A stretch of DNA of 64,000 nucleotides from Eledone cirrhosa (Eukaryota). The notes under the pieces are model-generated. The model was not told the DNA's origin, did no database searches, and worked only from the letters and a program-made list of their open reading frames with translations. A program made the translations under genes and the position numbers. Location of the stretch: NCBI GenBank assembly GCA_964016885.1, contig OZ024740.1, forward strand, positions 204,724,001 through 204,788,000. The letters run 5' to 3'. The stretch's first letter is position 1. Every line of letters begins with the position of its first letter. Positions 1 through 12,954 of this stretch are shown here, in pieces.

Positions 1-366
1 GGGCCCTACTACTACAGACCATGTACAAGCCACAGTGGGCTACAACCAATTACAGACCATTCAGAGGTATACAAACCATTACTCTCTCTCACTCACTATG
101 GTCTCAACTATTACCACGGACTCCAACAACAACAACAACATCTGTTCGCTCGCTGTTTTCACATCAGCAACAATAACAACATTAACAACTCTTGGTAACT
201 GTTTTATATGGACTTTTTAATTGATTCACGTGAAGTAAACCATATATAAACCAAATCATTTATTCTTTATATTCTCGTTATTACATCTAATCTTATTATT
301 ATTGTTATTTCATCTAATAATTATGTTAAATCCTTCTAACTAATTTCTATTCATACCCTTCGTTAA

Positions 367-846
367 ATATATATTAAAATAACAGATTAAAGTTTAAGCA
401 AAGAATCGCTGCTTTCACCCTTAACGGGATCTTCTGAAACTAAACAAATCAATCTGTGAACACAGAAGTAAATATTTCGCAAAACATTACAATTACACAC
501 TATATATATATACACACTATATATATATATACATATATACACTGATGATGATGATGATGATGACACACACACACAGCATTATAATGTTGTAAGGCAGACA
601 GCCAGACATACAGACAGATAGTATAAGGGCGCAACGTTATATCTATGTATCTATCTAAAAAGACAGACTAAGAGAGAGAAAGAGATCGCTTTTTCACCTA
701 ATGAAAATTTGAAATATTTTTTGCTCAAAACACTCATAGGGCCATAAGTATTACAGGTGTAAAGTTTGAAAAAAATCGGTTGAGTGGTTCTCGAGTTTTA
801 GGGAGTCAGACAAACAGACAGACATTCTCTGTTTTAGATATATAGA
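367..846 (-). mobile_element. Non-autonomous Helitron, 3'-truncated copy
   Basis: Near-identical to 32826-33271; minus-strand 5' end TCTATATATCTAAAAC; internal (TA)/(CA) microsatellites; no 3' hairpin/CTAG seen. Confidence 0.7.
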
Positions 847-1088
847 TGATTTTTAGCTAGATTAGCATTTTTGAAACAGTAAATACATGGTAGTGGAGGG
901 TGCCATGAGTATTGATACAGTTTAGTTCTACAGCCTTCATCAGTGCTAAAATACAAACAGTTTTACCCACAATAACCCTTATACCAACCCTTACACCATC
1001 AGTTGTCATATCAATACAGTTGCTCAATGATAAATGAGGAGCTTCAGTAATTTTAATATTTTTAGCACCACTGAAATTGTTCATTTAA

Positions 1089-1309
1089 CCCTTTAGCATT
1101 TAAACCAGCCGTATCCACTCAGAATTCTCTCATCGCTTTTTGTTCAAACTGGCCATAACTGGCTGCTCATACTGACATTAAGGTATTGTTCTTAAAATAA
1201 ATAATATCAAAATCTCGTAGATTCCATATTATGTGACATAATTATGTAAGATAAAGCCTTTACCACAAAAATACAATAGTATATATAGAGTAATGTAGAT
1301 GCTAATGGG
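1089..1309. mobile_element. piggyBac-like MITE
   Basis: TTAA|CCCTTTAGCATT ... ATGCTAATGGG|TAAA; reverse-orientation relative of the copy at 12751-12950. Confidence 0.65.
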
Positions 1310-1567
1310 TAAAGTCGATATCTGACAAAGACTAAGCAAAACAGAAAATTCAGCAACATCTGTAAATTCAGCCATTTCTATGGCAAATAAATAATTTTAT
1401 GGATGAGTTACCAACTCAGTCTTGATGTTTGATTGTAGTGCTTTAATACAGAATGCACTTTTGTCAGTTTCAACAATGACTGTTCCAGTTGTGCAATCAT
1501 TGGAACAACCTGCTCATAAAATTAACATGTAAGTGGCTGAGCATTCCACAGGCATGTGTACCCTTAA

Positions 1568-1788
1568 CCCTTTACTATTTACATTACTCTATATTTACTA
1601 CTGTATTTTCACTGTAAACACTTTATCTCACATAATTATCTCACATAATATCAAAGCTACGAGATTTTGATATTATTTATTTTGAGAACAATACCTTAAC
1701 AACAGTATGAGCGGCTGGTTACAGCTGGTTTGAACAGAGAAAGGTGAGAGAATTCTGGCTGGTTACGGCTAGTTTAAACGTTAAAGAG
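1568..1788. mobile_element. piggyBac-like MITE nested in a SINE tail
   Basis: TTAA|CCCTTTA ... TAAAGAG|TTAA; TTAA target duplication; same family as 12219 and 12751. Confidence 0.7.
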
Positions 1789-1864
1789 TTAATGTAAGGC
1801 TGAGTCATGATGTTAGATTCTAACACTTTAATACAGAATGCACCTTTGTCAGTTTCAACAATGA

Positions 1865-2142
1865 CTGCTCCAGTTGTGCAATCAATGGAGCAACCTGCTC
1901 ATGAAATTAACATGTAAGTGTATCCTTAATGTAATGCTCATGGAGATATAATGTGACACAGTGTGACGAGGCTGGCCCTTTGAATTATAGGTACAGTCTA
2001 TCTGATGGACTTCCAAACAGTTTCCATCTACTCAATTACATTCATAAGGCATGGGTCAACCTGAGGCTCTAGTAAATGATGCAATGGAATCGAACCTGGG
2101 GCCTTTTGATTGTGAAGTGAACTTCTTATCCATTCAGCCATG
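1865..2142 (-). mobile_element. tRNA-derived SINE (decayed)
   Basis: Tail is the reverse complement of 51760-51895; head contains a B-box-like GGTTCGATTCC on the minus strand (gaatcgaacc near 2087). Confidence 0.6.
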
Positions 2143-3402
2143 ATAATGAAAATAATTGTGTACAGTGCTCAAGTGCACTACAACTCCTCAAAGGTACAAT
2201 ATAGTACATAGAATAATATACAAATGTCAGGAAAGTGAAGAGAAGCATAAAAGTTTTGAAGTATGCAGTGTCCCAACAACTAACAATTGATGCATGTAGT
2301 TTGCTCCCTGCTTCAGCAACCCATTAATACAGCATATAGCTGTAACACTGCTCTGATTTCTTTCACTGACGTTTCACCCAGCAGACATTCACACAGATAT
2401 CAACAGGAGAAGACTTTACAAGTGTGTCACTAGTGTGTCTGCTTCTCTAGCTAACACAATAAAATGCCTTCCTCTGTAAGAAATTCCTGTGAGTTTGTTT
2501 TATTATTGTTTGTGTGAAAGGTTGTCATAAATGATATTTGCCTTAATCAGATTGTGAGGGTGAAGGCCAGCCTTTGCTTGCTATTGTGGTGCACTCTCTT
2601 TATCAACCTATGATTTCATACACTTGATATTAATGTAGAGACACCATTTAAAAAATTCAGCAATGTATTTGTTTTGCAAAGATGTCACATATGTGTGATG
2701 AAAGAATTCAAATAAATTATATTTATATTTATAACTGTTGGTCAATTAATGATAAACATTGATTGCCAGCTAAATTATTTATAAAAATATAAAAATATAC
2801 TGAAGCAAAAACCAAACCAAACAATGAGTGTGTTTTACTATTTTTGGCGATATCATGACACAATCCTCCCCAAATATAATTTTTAAAATCATTTTCTTTT
2901 ATTATTTGAGTGATTGGTCTCAAAATAATGCTGCAACTCAACTGGAACCATGACCAAGGCTGGAATTAATAGGGGGCAAAGGGAGCAATTGCCCCGGGCC
3001 CCCAGTGATGGCCATAGCAATTTATTTGTGCCTTCAGCTGGGCTGTATAGTACCTTGGGAAAGTATCTTCTACTATAGTCTCAGTTTAACAAATGATGTG
3101 CAGAAACCTGTTGTATATATGTGTGTGTAAGTATGTATATATATGTATATGTATATGTGTGTATGTATGTATATGTATATATCTATGTGCGTGTCTGTGT
3201 GTGTGTGTATGCATGTATGTTTATGTAGTGTGTTTATAGTCTAGAACTTGAAAAATACAGATCAATAAATTGAGTATCAAACTTGAAAAAATAAGTACTT
3301 GGGGTTGATATGGTCAACTTCAAAACCTTTTAAGGAAGTGCCCCAGCATGACCACAGTCTAATGATTGAAACCACTAAAAGAGTAAAAGAAAAGTATAAG
3401 AA

Positions 3403-3902
3403 ATATGCAGGCGTACTAGTCGACATTTGAGGCCTAAAAATATTTCTCCAAAATCAGGGGTCAACTTGTTCGCCGAATATAAAACATGAACCTTTACCAC
3501 TGGGGGGTAAACAGTGAAACTGCCTGCCTAACACTCGTTGTACACCACTTACCATAACTCTAGTAGCCCACCACAATTATTTCCTACTGAATCTCATATT
3601 TGTTAAGTCTATTTAACGTAGAGATTCTAATAATATCAATGACTTGTGTAGGGTAGGCTTCCATAGGTTCGTTAAGGTTAGGTTAGGCTGGTTTACTCGG
3701 TGAATTAGAACTCACTTGAGACTGGAGTGTTTTAGCCTTTAGAGCACCATCAAATGTTTTGAATTATTTCTCCTGCATTATTTTTTTGGGGGGTGGGGGG
3801 GTCATCTTATCCAGCGAATATAGGGCGAAACCAGAATTACACCTCAGAATTTTAGCGGGCGACCTATGCACCAGATCAACTTGTACGCCAGCATATACAG
3901 TA
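3403..3902. mobile_element. Decayed Tc1/mariner-superfamily (pogo/Tigger-like) MITE
   Basis: Imperfect TIR: atatgcaggcgtactagtcga ... tcaacttgtacgccagcatatacag|ta. Confidence 0.5.
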
Positions 3903-3976
3903 ACTATGCACTATGATCAATTCAATTCTCTATATTTCACCTCTACCAATTTGTGACCAAGTATCAATGTGAGAAA

Positions 3977-6900
3977 TCTGTATATATATAAAATTAAGTA
4001 TGTGTGTATGTGTGTGTGTGTGTCTGTGTGTCTGTGTATTACCTATAGGGGCCTACATCTTACGACCGATTTTCATGAAACTTTACAGGCTCATAGATTA
4101 GTCATCGGGGAGTGTTTTCTATATATCAGCGTATCGTTTTTTTTTAATTCCGGGGTCATTCTGCAGATAAAAATCGATAGGGGTCACCTTTTTTTAGGTA
4201 TCGTCAAATAAGATTTTTGGCTCTAGCTCCCACATTTTGACGCCAATTTCGTTCAAATTTTAAAGCAAAATAGAATTTATCATTGCACATCCTGTAATGG
4301 CTTTATATTTTGCATTTGTTGTTCAGGGACGGCGTGGCAGCTGCTTAAATATTCAAAAATACCACTTTTAGACTCAAATTTCCACTTTTTGGGCTCTAGT
4401 TCCCACATTAATCAACCTACTTTGTTCAAATTTTACACTATGCTAGATCTGATTATTTCACGTCTTAAAGTGGCTTTACATTTTGGATTTTTTCTTCAGA
4501 AATGGCGTGGCTTAAATATTCGAAAATACCACCTTTTCGCTCAAATTTCCACCTTTTCGGCTCTAGCTTCCACATTTTTCAACCGATTTCGTTCAAATTC
4601 GAAACTTCGGCTCCACCTCACACATAAATCAATTTATTTTGTTCAACTTTTATACTACGATAGAACCTATCATTAGCTCCCACATTTTTCAACCGATTTC
4701 ATTCAAATTCGAAACTTCGGCTCCACCTCACACATAAATCAATTTATTTGGTTCAACTTTTATACTACGATAGAACCTATCATTGCACTTCTTATAATAG
4801 CTTTACACTTTGCATTTTTTGTTCAGAGATGGCGACCTATCATTAACTCCCACATTTTTCAACCGATTTCGTTCAAATTCGAAATCACTCAGCTCTCGAG
4901 TGATTTTTGTCCAGCCCACCATCTTACACTGGACACTAATTATCTAATTAGTATCGAATACAGATACAGGAGTTCACTTCAAGGTTGTGCCGACCTGATG
5001 CCCATCACAAATAGCTGCTCATACCGTATATATTTACAGATACCTTTGTAACCTTATTATATTTTTCATTTATTATTATTTCCTCTTATCCATCTTTTTC
5101 TGGGCTTTCCGCTAAGCATTGTATCCCCTGTTTTATTATTTCCTGTGATTTCATGTATGTGTTTTTGTTCCAGTCAAATAATTTTAAATAATCTGGAGTA
5201 TTATTCCATTGCTATCGATGAAACCACAGATATGAAGGATACTTGTCAACTTGCAGTGTTTGTGAGGGGTGTAATACCAACATTTGATATTGTGGAAGAA
5301 TTTGTACAATTGATTCCTATGAAGGACACTAGCACTGGAGCAGATATTTTGGAAAGCATAATAAAATGGATTACAGAAATGAATCTGGTTTTATCAAAGC
5401 TTTTTGGAGTAATCACAGATGGAACACCAGCAATGGTTGGAAAGAAAAAGGGGTTTGCTGCATTGCTCCAAAACAACATCAGTATTGATCAAAACTAATC
5501 AAACTTCATTGCATTATTCACCAAGAAGCATTATGTGCAAAGTCAATGAATTTTAAGGACATCATGGCAGTGGTCGTGAAAACAGTGAATTTTATACTGT
5601 CAAGAGGACTAAATCACCGCCAGTTTCAAGAATTTCTAAAACAAATTGACGCAGAGTATGGCGACCTTACATATTTTTCAAATGTTCGATGGCTTAGCCG
5701 CGGAAAAATGATAGAGTATATGCATTGAGAGAAGAGATTTCTATGTTTTTAGAGAGCAAAGACCAAGATAATTCTTACTTTCAGGATCCACAGTGGGTTG
5801 TCAAGTTAGCTTTTTTAGTGGACATCACGACCCACATGAACACTGAATCTTGAGCTTCAAGGAAAGAACAAGGTTGTATTTGAGATGTTTGGTCAAATTA
5901 CTGCTTTTGAGAGAAAACTTCGACTGTGGGAATCACAACTTCAAAAAGGAAACTACTCTCATTTCCCAAGTCTCCAAAATCACAAGAGAGATATAATACC
6001 AGACATCTTTGTGAGCTCTATTAAGGATTTGAGAAGCGAGTTTTCATCTCGTTTTGCTGACTTCCGGCAATATGGAACTCTATTTAAGTTATTTGGTACT
6101 CCTTACGAAACAGATGTGGCAGAAGAATATCAGTTGGAGTTAATTGACTTACAGTGCGACGAATCTTTGAAATCGAAATTTCAGTTCGAATCCACTGCTG
6201 ACTTCTACAAGAAATATATATTGCCAAGCGAAAAATATAAAAAACATCTTGACTAATGCGAAACTGATGATATCATTATTTGGAAGTACATATGCATGTG
6301 AACAACTTTTTTCCAAAATGAAATATACTAAAAGTCATTTAAGAACAAGGTTGCGTGACGACCACCTGGATGATGTTTTGCTCCTGTTATCGACAAATAT
6401 TTCACCTGATGTGGAGAAGTTATCGCACAATAAACAGAAACAAGTGTCTCATTAAATCATTTACCATTTCTAACTGTATTTCGTTTGTAGCATGGAATTT
6501 GCTTTTTTTTTTTTGTTGATTGTGTTTGTAGTTTTCTTTTCTTTTTTTTTTTTGTTATTCCTGCAGTAAAATAAGGGGCCTTGTTAAAATAAAATTATAT
6601 TAAATTCCTTGTTTTGCTTTAAACCTCCAGAAAATTTATTTACATATTTAATAACATGGCCCTCCTCCATGACACTGCATAGCTGTTTGGCCCTCTCTCT
6701 CCAAAAGGTTGCCGACCCCTGTTATAGATGGTCAAAGGCAAAATGGTGGCCACTGACGTCGTCTGAGCTTTTAGTTGTGTATTTGAGAATTCATCGGTTT
6801 CCAATCAAGTAGTGTAAGGAAATTTGGCTTAGTGTTAGAGGTCATTACCTCCCTCCCCCAGCATGCCCCTTCATCAGTCACCCGCGTTTCTCAGTGATAG

Positions 6901-7037
6901 AGGTCATCACCACCCTTCCCCCATGGCCTGCGTGTGGCCATAGATGAGTCATCGAGAAACAGTCACTAAGATCAACACCTTTTCATCAAAGCAGATATTA
7001 TTTTAGCTACCCAGGCAACGCTGGGTACTGCTGCTAG
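3977..7037 (+). mobile_element. Non-autonomous Helitron carrying a hAT transposon remnant
   Basis: A|TCTGTATATATATAAAA 5' end; (GT)n; internal tandem repeats 4225-4880; 3' hairpin TACCCAG-gcaacg-CTGGGTA (7008-7027), then CTAG|T; insertion between A and T. Confidence 0.75.
5173..6455 (+). pseudogene. hAT (Charlie/Buster/SPIN, GTF2IRD2-like) transposase pseudogene, C-terminal part
   Basis: Motifs YYSIAIDETTD, QLAVFVRGV, VITDGTPAMVG, HCIIHQEALC, VRWLSRG, FGSTYACEQLFSKMK spread over frameshifted/stop-broken ORFs; right TIR aaaggttgccgacccctg ends at 6721. Confidence 0.92.
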
Positions 7038-7041
7038 TCAA

Positions 7042-7338
7042 TAATAATTGTTTCTACTTTTGGCACAAGGCCAACAATTACTCAGTGCATTACTGGTACT
7101 TTATTTTATCGACCCCGTAAGGATGAAAGGCAAAGTTAACCTCGGCGGGATTTGAACTCAGATCGTAAAGGGAGTAACTATGCTGGAAAGCATGTCTGAC
7201 CCTCTACCAATACTGCCAATTCACTGCCCTATAATAATAATTGTTTCTACCTTTTTGACACAAGGCCAGCAATTACCCAGTGTATTACTGGTACTTTATT
7301 TTATCGACCCCATAAGGATGAAAGGCAAAGTTAACCTC
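7042..7338 (-). mobile_element. Two tandem tRNA-derived SINEs (Deu/Nin-like central domain)
   Basis: Reverse complement of GAGTTCAAATCCCGCCGAGGTTAACTTTGCCTTTCATCCTTACGGGGTCGATAAAATAAAGTACCAG. Confidence 0.8.
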
Positions 7339-8268
7339 AATAATAATACTACACCACATGAGCAACAGAAGTCAAAATATTTTAATCTATAAAAAACACT
7401 TGTGCATTGTCAAAATTTTACCTGTTTTTCATTCTTTCTTTTTCTCTCCCTCAAACCTCAGACCAGATGTTGCAAACAACTGTCAACACATGTTTAAATA
7501 AAGGATAAAGTCAAACAAGATGTATTATTATAAGACAAATAAACTTGTCACATAGAATCTTGTTTACCAGAGACATTTTGCTAACACTTAAGAATCTATT
7601 TATAGAGTGTTAAGTGTATCTTGGTTTGCCTCTATCATCATCATCATCACCATCATGTTATGTCTTGCTTATTGTTGCTGGCATGGGTTGAGCTACTGTC
7701 TTCCTAGACAGGTCAGAGTGGGGTGAACTTCTTGCTATCATATGTGCCAGTTTTGGAATTGTTTCTACAACTGGATGTCTTTCTTAATTCCCCTTCTTTT
7801 GGTATGGTTTCTGTTGCTGGATGCCCTTCCTAACATCAACCACTTCACAGAGTGTACTGACTGCATTTTATTGAGGTGCCAACAATAAGGAGGTAGTTAT
7901 GTCCTTGAAATGACTGAAGAGCTCTTTCAAGTCATTTTGGCATACTTTCTATGTCTGGATGTCCTTCCTATTGCCAACCATTTTACGGAGATTTGCAAAC
8001 AGAAAAGAAAGAGAAAAGCAAAGGCTCTAGGGCTACGGAAGAATGGGAAGGGGAAGGGGGGTTGGGGTTCTGGGTCTAGGGCGCAACACTGTTAGGGCTG
8101 CACCCTGTGGACAAGATCTCAAAAGCATTTCTGCAGACAATGGCCAGTGTTACCCACTGCAACATCCACCCCACCATGCGGGGCTCCTTCTTCAGACAGT
8201 CTGCTGATGTTCTGATCTTGCAGAGTATAATTATATCTTCTATCATATTTTAATCTTATCATTTGATA

Positions 8269-8502
8269 TTGTTGTTGTTGCCACTGCTGCTGCTGTTGTT
8301 GTTGTTGTTGCTGTTGCTGCTGTTGCTGTTGTTGTTTTTGTTGCTGCTGTTGCTGTTGTTGTTTTTGTTGCTGCTGCTGCTTCTGCTGCTGTTGCTGCTG
8401 CTATTGTTATTGTTGTTAGTGTTGGGTCGGCAGCGGCAGCGGTGGTGGTGGTTGTTGTCGTCATCATCATCGTGGTAGCAATAACAATAGTGAGTGGCAG
8501 TA

Positions 8503-8546
<44 letters not shown>

Positions 8547-8550
8547 ATTG
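8269..8550. repeat. Compound (GTT/GCT)n trinucleotide microsatellite
   Basis: Direct reading; explains the poly-Leu and poly-Thr/Ala ORFs. Confidence 0.95.
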
Positions 8551-8943
8551 TTTCTGATAACAGTTATTTGTATTGGTGCTCACTGTTGCTATTAGTTAAA
8601 CAATTCTAGTTGCAACCATTGTTTGTTTATAGCAAGGACAACTAAAGCAGGGAACCAGCACTTAAAGTATATTAGACAGGGAGTTATTGTTCAACTAAAT
8701 GAAAATTTAGTCTTAAGTACTTTCAGGATATAAAATCTGATAAACATTAGTTATAGAATGAATGGAATGGAAAGGGATGGAATGAGATGGAATAAACCTC
8801 TGTTGCTTTCAATAACGAATGTTCCAGTTGTTCAATTAAGGGAATAGCCTGCTTATGAAATTAACATGCAAGTGGCTGAGCATTCCCCAGACATGTGTAT
8901 ATCAGCATCAGTATTATTTATGTCTAGTTTGTATGCTGATATG

Positions 8944-9271
8944 CAGGGCCGGATTTTAATAGGGTGGAGGGGTAAGGGAGGCAATAGCCCTGGGCTCCCT
9001 GCAGTGGAGGCCCTGCCAGTGACAGCCGTAGCAATTTATTTGTGCCCTCAGCTGGGCTTTTTAGTTTTAGGATGGTTAGAATGTTTGAATTTAATACCTG
9101 TATGTATAACTTTTCAATTCCAATTACTTGCGCCAAGCTAACTTTGATATGTAAAATTGGGGGATTTGCTGTATATTCTCATCTTTTGTGTGTGAGGGGG
9201 GGGGGGGGGGGGGGGGGGGCTCCCCCAAACCTGAAGTACCCCTGGACCACCAAGGTCTAAATCCAACCCTG
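8944..9271. mobile_element. hAT-like MITE
   Basis: TIR CAGGGCCGGATTT ... AAATCCAACCCTG; degenerate 8-bp TSD ctgatatg/ttgacatg; other copies at 28192-28510, 39287-39520 and 2956-3042. Confidence 0.75.
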
Positions 9272-9753
9272 TTGACATGGATTGAACAAGTTGTCACAGT
9301 CAAAAACTACATCAGTCATCTTATTCATACATCCCATATTTTGGTTTGGTTTCTATGGCTGAATACCCTTCCTAATGGCAACTACCTTACATAGTGTACT
9401 GGATGTATTTTACTGTGGCACCTCAGTGTATTGAATGTGTTTTATTGTGGCACCAGCACTTAACACTTATGAGAGTGTACTGGGTGCATTTTATCATAGT
9501 CCCAGCATTGTTATTTTACAGAATGTAGTGGATGTTTTTTATCATGTCAAGAAGTTTCAGTGTGAAAGAGTGTGTGACAAGGCTGACTCTTTGAATCACA
9601 GGTACAGTTCATTTGACGGGCTTCCAAACAGTCTCTGTTTACCAAGTTTCACTTATAGTAGTTGGGTCAACCTGAGGCTATGATAAATAACACTTGCCTA
9701 CGATGCTACACAGTTGTTATTGTTGTTGTTGTTGTTAATGGTGGTGGCGGTGG

Positions 9754-9784
<31 letters not shown>

Positions 9785-9930
9785 AGTGGTGGTGATGATG
9801 ATGATGAGAATGATGATAGAAAACAGAATGGCTTGAGAGAATTTATTAAGTATGATCTACTAGAGTGAAATATTTACTTTCAGAAAGTAACTCTATCAAA
9901 AGCCAAGGATGTACCAGAGCAGCACCTCCC

Positions 9931-10064
9931 AACCTAAGGATCACAGACCTAAGGGCCACAGACCTAAGGGCCACAGACCTAAGGGTCACAGACCTAAGGG
10001 CCACAGACATAAGGGTCACAGACCTAAGGGCCACAGACATAAGGGTCACAGACCTAAAGGTCAC
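9931..10064. repeat. 15-bp minisatellite (GACCTAAGGGYCACA), ~9 units
   Basis: Direct reading. Confidence 0.95.
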
Positions 10065-10665
10065 ATACTTTATTAGAAAATATGATATACAGATATTGTC
10101 AAGAAACACTGTATTAGAGTCATAATTATTAAAAACAGTAGGAGAAAGAATAACTGTAAACATAAAGTTAAAACAATGTTGTCTCTGATTGAGATGAAGC
10201 AAGAGTGTATTTAAATACATATAAAAATAAGAAAACTCATCGCTAGAACAGTCGTTAAAACAGCTAAATGCTGTCAGAGACAGTGATGGGCAAAATGCCT
10301 CAGAGGACAGAGACCAGCGGCTAGTGGTCAACAGAGAGACAATCCACAAGGTGGGTGACAGGCTAATGAAATATTTGCCTGTGGATTATCATTTTTATAA
10401 TGGATGATGCAAGACTACCATATAATGTGTCATGCATTAAACAATTGGAGAATTAGAAGGATTTTCTTGATAGCAGATGTCATAAAATACAAGAAATATA
10501 AGAGATTGAAATTTTATGGAAGATAAAAGCAACTGATACCAAACTGTCTGAAATGCCTGTTTTCCTACAATATAAATTACTATATTTTAAAATGTATATC
10601 ATCATCATCATTGTCATTTAATGTCTGTTATCCCTACTACCAAGGATTCTATAATACAAAACTTC

Positions 10666-11295
10666 TTTTTCTTCTTCGTCCACCTATTCCAGAGAGGGTC
10701 ATGGGGAAAGAGTTCTCAAACACTCCTTCCAGCAGGTCCTGTCAGAAGCAATCGTTTCCAACTGATCCAGCTGAATCCCCAAGCGAGACCAACCAAGCCC
10801 GTGGTTGCTATTCAACTATCTTGCTTGAGATCTACCCCTGGGTCTCCTGCCAGTTGGTTTTGCCTGTAAAATCATCCAATTATTTTCTGAGACATTCTAA
10901 CCACATGCCCATAATATCAGATCTGTGATCTCTCAATTTGGAGAAGTAGCAGCTCTACCTGGAGTAACTCTCTGATCTCTGGGCTACGCACTCTATCGAG
11001 TAACGTTACTCCAGAGACCCTTTGATAGAACCCCATTTCGGTCGATCGTATTCTTTCGGTCATTACCCAAGATTCATAACCATAGGGGCGGCACAAATAC
11101 CAAATTGAAGATAGCGAGTTTGGATTTTACACCTACCTCGCTTCTTCTGATTATTAAATACTGAAGCTGGTATATTCTGGTTTTGTCAACCTTAAAAAGG
11201 CATATGACCGCATTGCTCAAGACCTGCTGAGGAAGGTTCTGAAGGAGTATGGGATCGATGGTTAGCTTCTTGATGCCCTGATGTCTCTATAATAC
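10666..11295 (-). mobile_element. RTE-clade LINE 3' fragment with an inverted RT piece
   Basis: 10666-11169 is a minus-strand RTE 3' end with (GAA) tail and matches 52254-52388; 11170-11295 on plus reads VYSGFVNLKKAYDR...LKEYGI (RT domain). Confidence 0.75.
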
Positions 11296-11658
11296 AAAAC
11301 TGTTTGTTTAAAAGGGTTTATATTTATCTAAAAACCTTCCATCATAATTTTGTGTAAGAACCTTTGTTAAGTTATGTTCTAAACACCAGCTTAATAATGT
11401 GAAAGTGTATCCCACTAAAGTCTTGATGATTTTCAAAATTGTTTGAAAATCATAAGTAATGACTTTTATTGGTAACAAGAAAGGGTTAAATAATGGTTTA
11501 TAAATAAGGCACAAGGCCAGAAATTTATGGGGAGAGTAATAGTTAATTATATCAACCCCAGTATTTGACTTGTACTTTGTTTTATCAATGTTGGAAGAAT
11601 GAAAGTCAAAGATGACTTCAGCCAGATTTGAACAAATGATACTGCTGCTCTAACAACT

Positions 11659-11875
11659 TTGATGATCGTGGTGCTGGTGGTGCTGGTGGTGCTGGTATTG
11701 GTGGTGGTGGTGGTGGTAGTGGTGGTGCTGGTGGTGGTGATGGTAGTGATGCAGATGGTGCTGGTGATGGTGGTGGTGCTGGTGATGCTGGTGATGCTGG
11801 TGATGCTGGTGGTGATGCTGGTGGTAGTGGTAGTAGTGGTGCTGGTGGCACTGGTGGTGCTAGTGGTAATGATGA
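11659..11875. repeat. (GGT/GCT/GAT)n trinucleotide repeat
   Basis: Direct reading. Confidence 0.95.
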
Positions 11876-12218
11876 CCACTCTTTAGAATCCCATATTATA
11901 CTCTACATAATCCTTATATTCATGACAACAAATTAGTCCAGCTTATTCTCCTCCCTGTCTTCTTGAGAGTAGCAACAGGTTGATTGTGATCATAGAGACA
12001 ACTGGCAGCTGGGATTACAGATACTTATGTTGATCAATAACCAATGATTTAATCGGCCTAATATAAGACTAAAGTCAATTGCTCACTTAGTGTTATCTGT
12101 CAACATCAAATTAACAAACTTCTAGAAAATATAAAGTACCTCTAACACTTACTGTCTGTTCCAGTTGTTCAATCAACATGTAAGTGGCTGAACATTCTAC
12201 AGATACATGTACCCTCAA

Positions 12219-12478
12219 CCCTTTAGCAGCTATATTACTCTATATGTACTGGATAATTGCTGGCCTTGTGCCAAAAGTAGAAACAATTACTCTATATTTA
12301 CTATTATAGTTTCACGGTAAACACTTTATCTCACATAATATTGAATCTATGAGATTTTGATACTATTTATTTTGAGAACAATACCTTAACATCAGTAGGA
12401 GTGGCCGGTTATAGCCAGTCTGAAGAGAAAGAGTTGAGAGAATTCTGGCCAGATACAGCTGGTTTAAATGCTAAAGGG
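12219..12478. mobile_element. piggyBac-like MITE nested in a SINE tail, itself interrupted by a short SINE end
   Basis: TCAA|CCCTTTAGCA ... TGCTAAAGGG|TTAA. Confidence 0.7.
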
Positions 12479-12750
12479 TTAATGTAATGTAATTCTCACT
12501 GAGATTCAGCAGGACACAGTGGGGGAACAAAGTTGACCCTTTCAAGAACACATACAATCCATCTGATGGGTTTCCAAACAGTTTCGTTTTTCCAAATTAC
12601 TTCTTCAAGATAAATAACACTTTCCCAAGTGCTCAAGATGCCATGAAAAGGATCGAACCCAGGACCTGATGATTGTGAAGCAAACCTCTGAACCATTCAG
12701 CCATACTTCATCCACTCTAGAGAATAACATAACAACAAGAAGTATTTTAA

Positions 12751-12950
12751 CCCTTTAGCATTTACATTACTCTATATTTACTATTGTCTTTAACATAATT
12801 ATTCACATAGTATCAAATCTATGAGATTTTGATGTTATTTATTTTCAGAACAATACTTTAACGTTGGTATGAGCAGCTGGTTATGGCTGGTTCGAAAAGA
12901 AAGAGGTGAGATAAGTCTGGCTGGATATGGCTGGTTTAAATGCTAAAGGG
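12751..12950. mobile_element. piggyBac-like MITE (200 bp)
   Basis: TTAA|CCCTTTAGCATTTA ... TAAATGCTAAAGGG|TTAA: perfect 14-bp TIR and TTAA TSD. Confidence 0.85.
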
Positions 12951-12954
12951 TTAA

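Noticed and set aside
857-1084. 75-aa minus-strand ORF in unique sequence
   Set aside because: No recognisable motif or clear splice signals; bounded by transposon ends
5145-6455. Domesticated GTF2IRD2-like host gene
   Set aside because: Multiple stops and frameshifts plus a retained TIR indicate a dead transposon copy
8243-8478. Poly-Leu and poly-Thr/Ala ORFs (also 11547-11886)
   Set aside because: Trinucleotide microsatellite read-through
10231-10350. Candidate exon ENSSLEQSLKQLNAVRD...ETIHK with AAG|GTGGGT donor
   Set aside because: No polypyrimidine acceptor upstream and no recognisable homology
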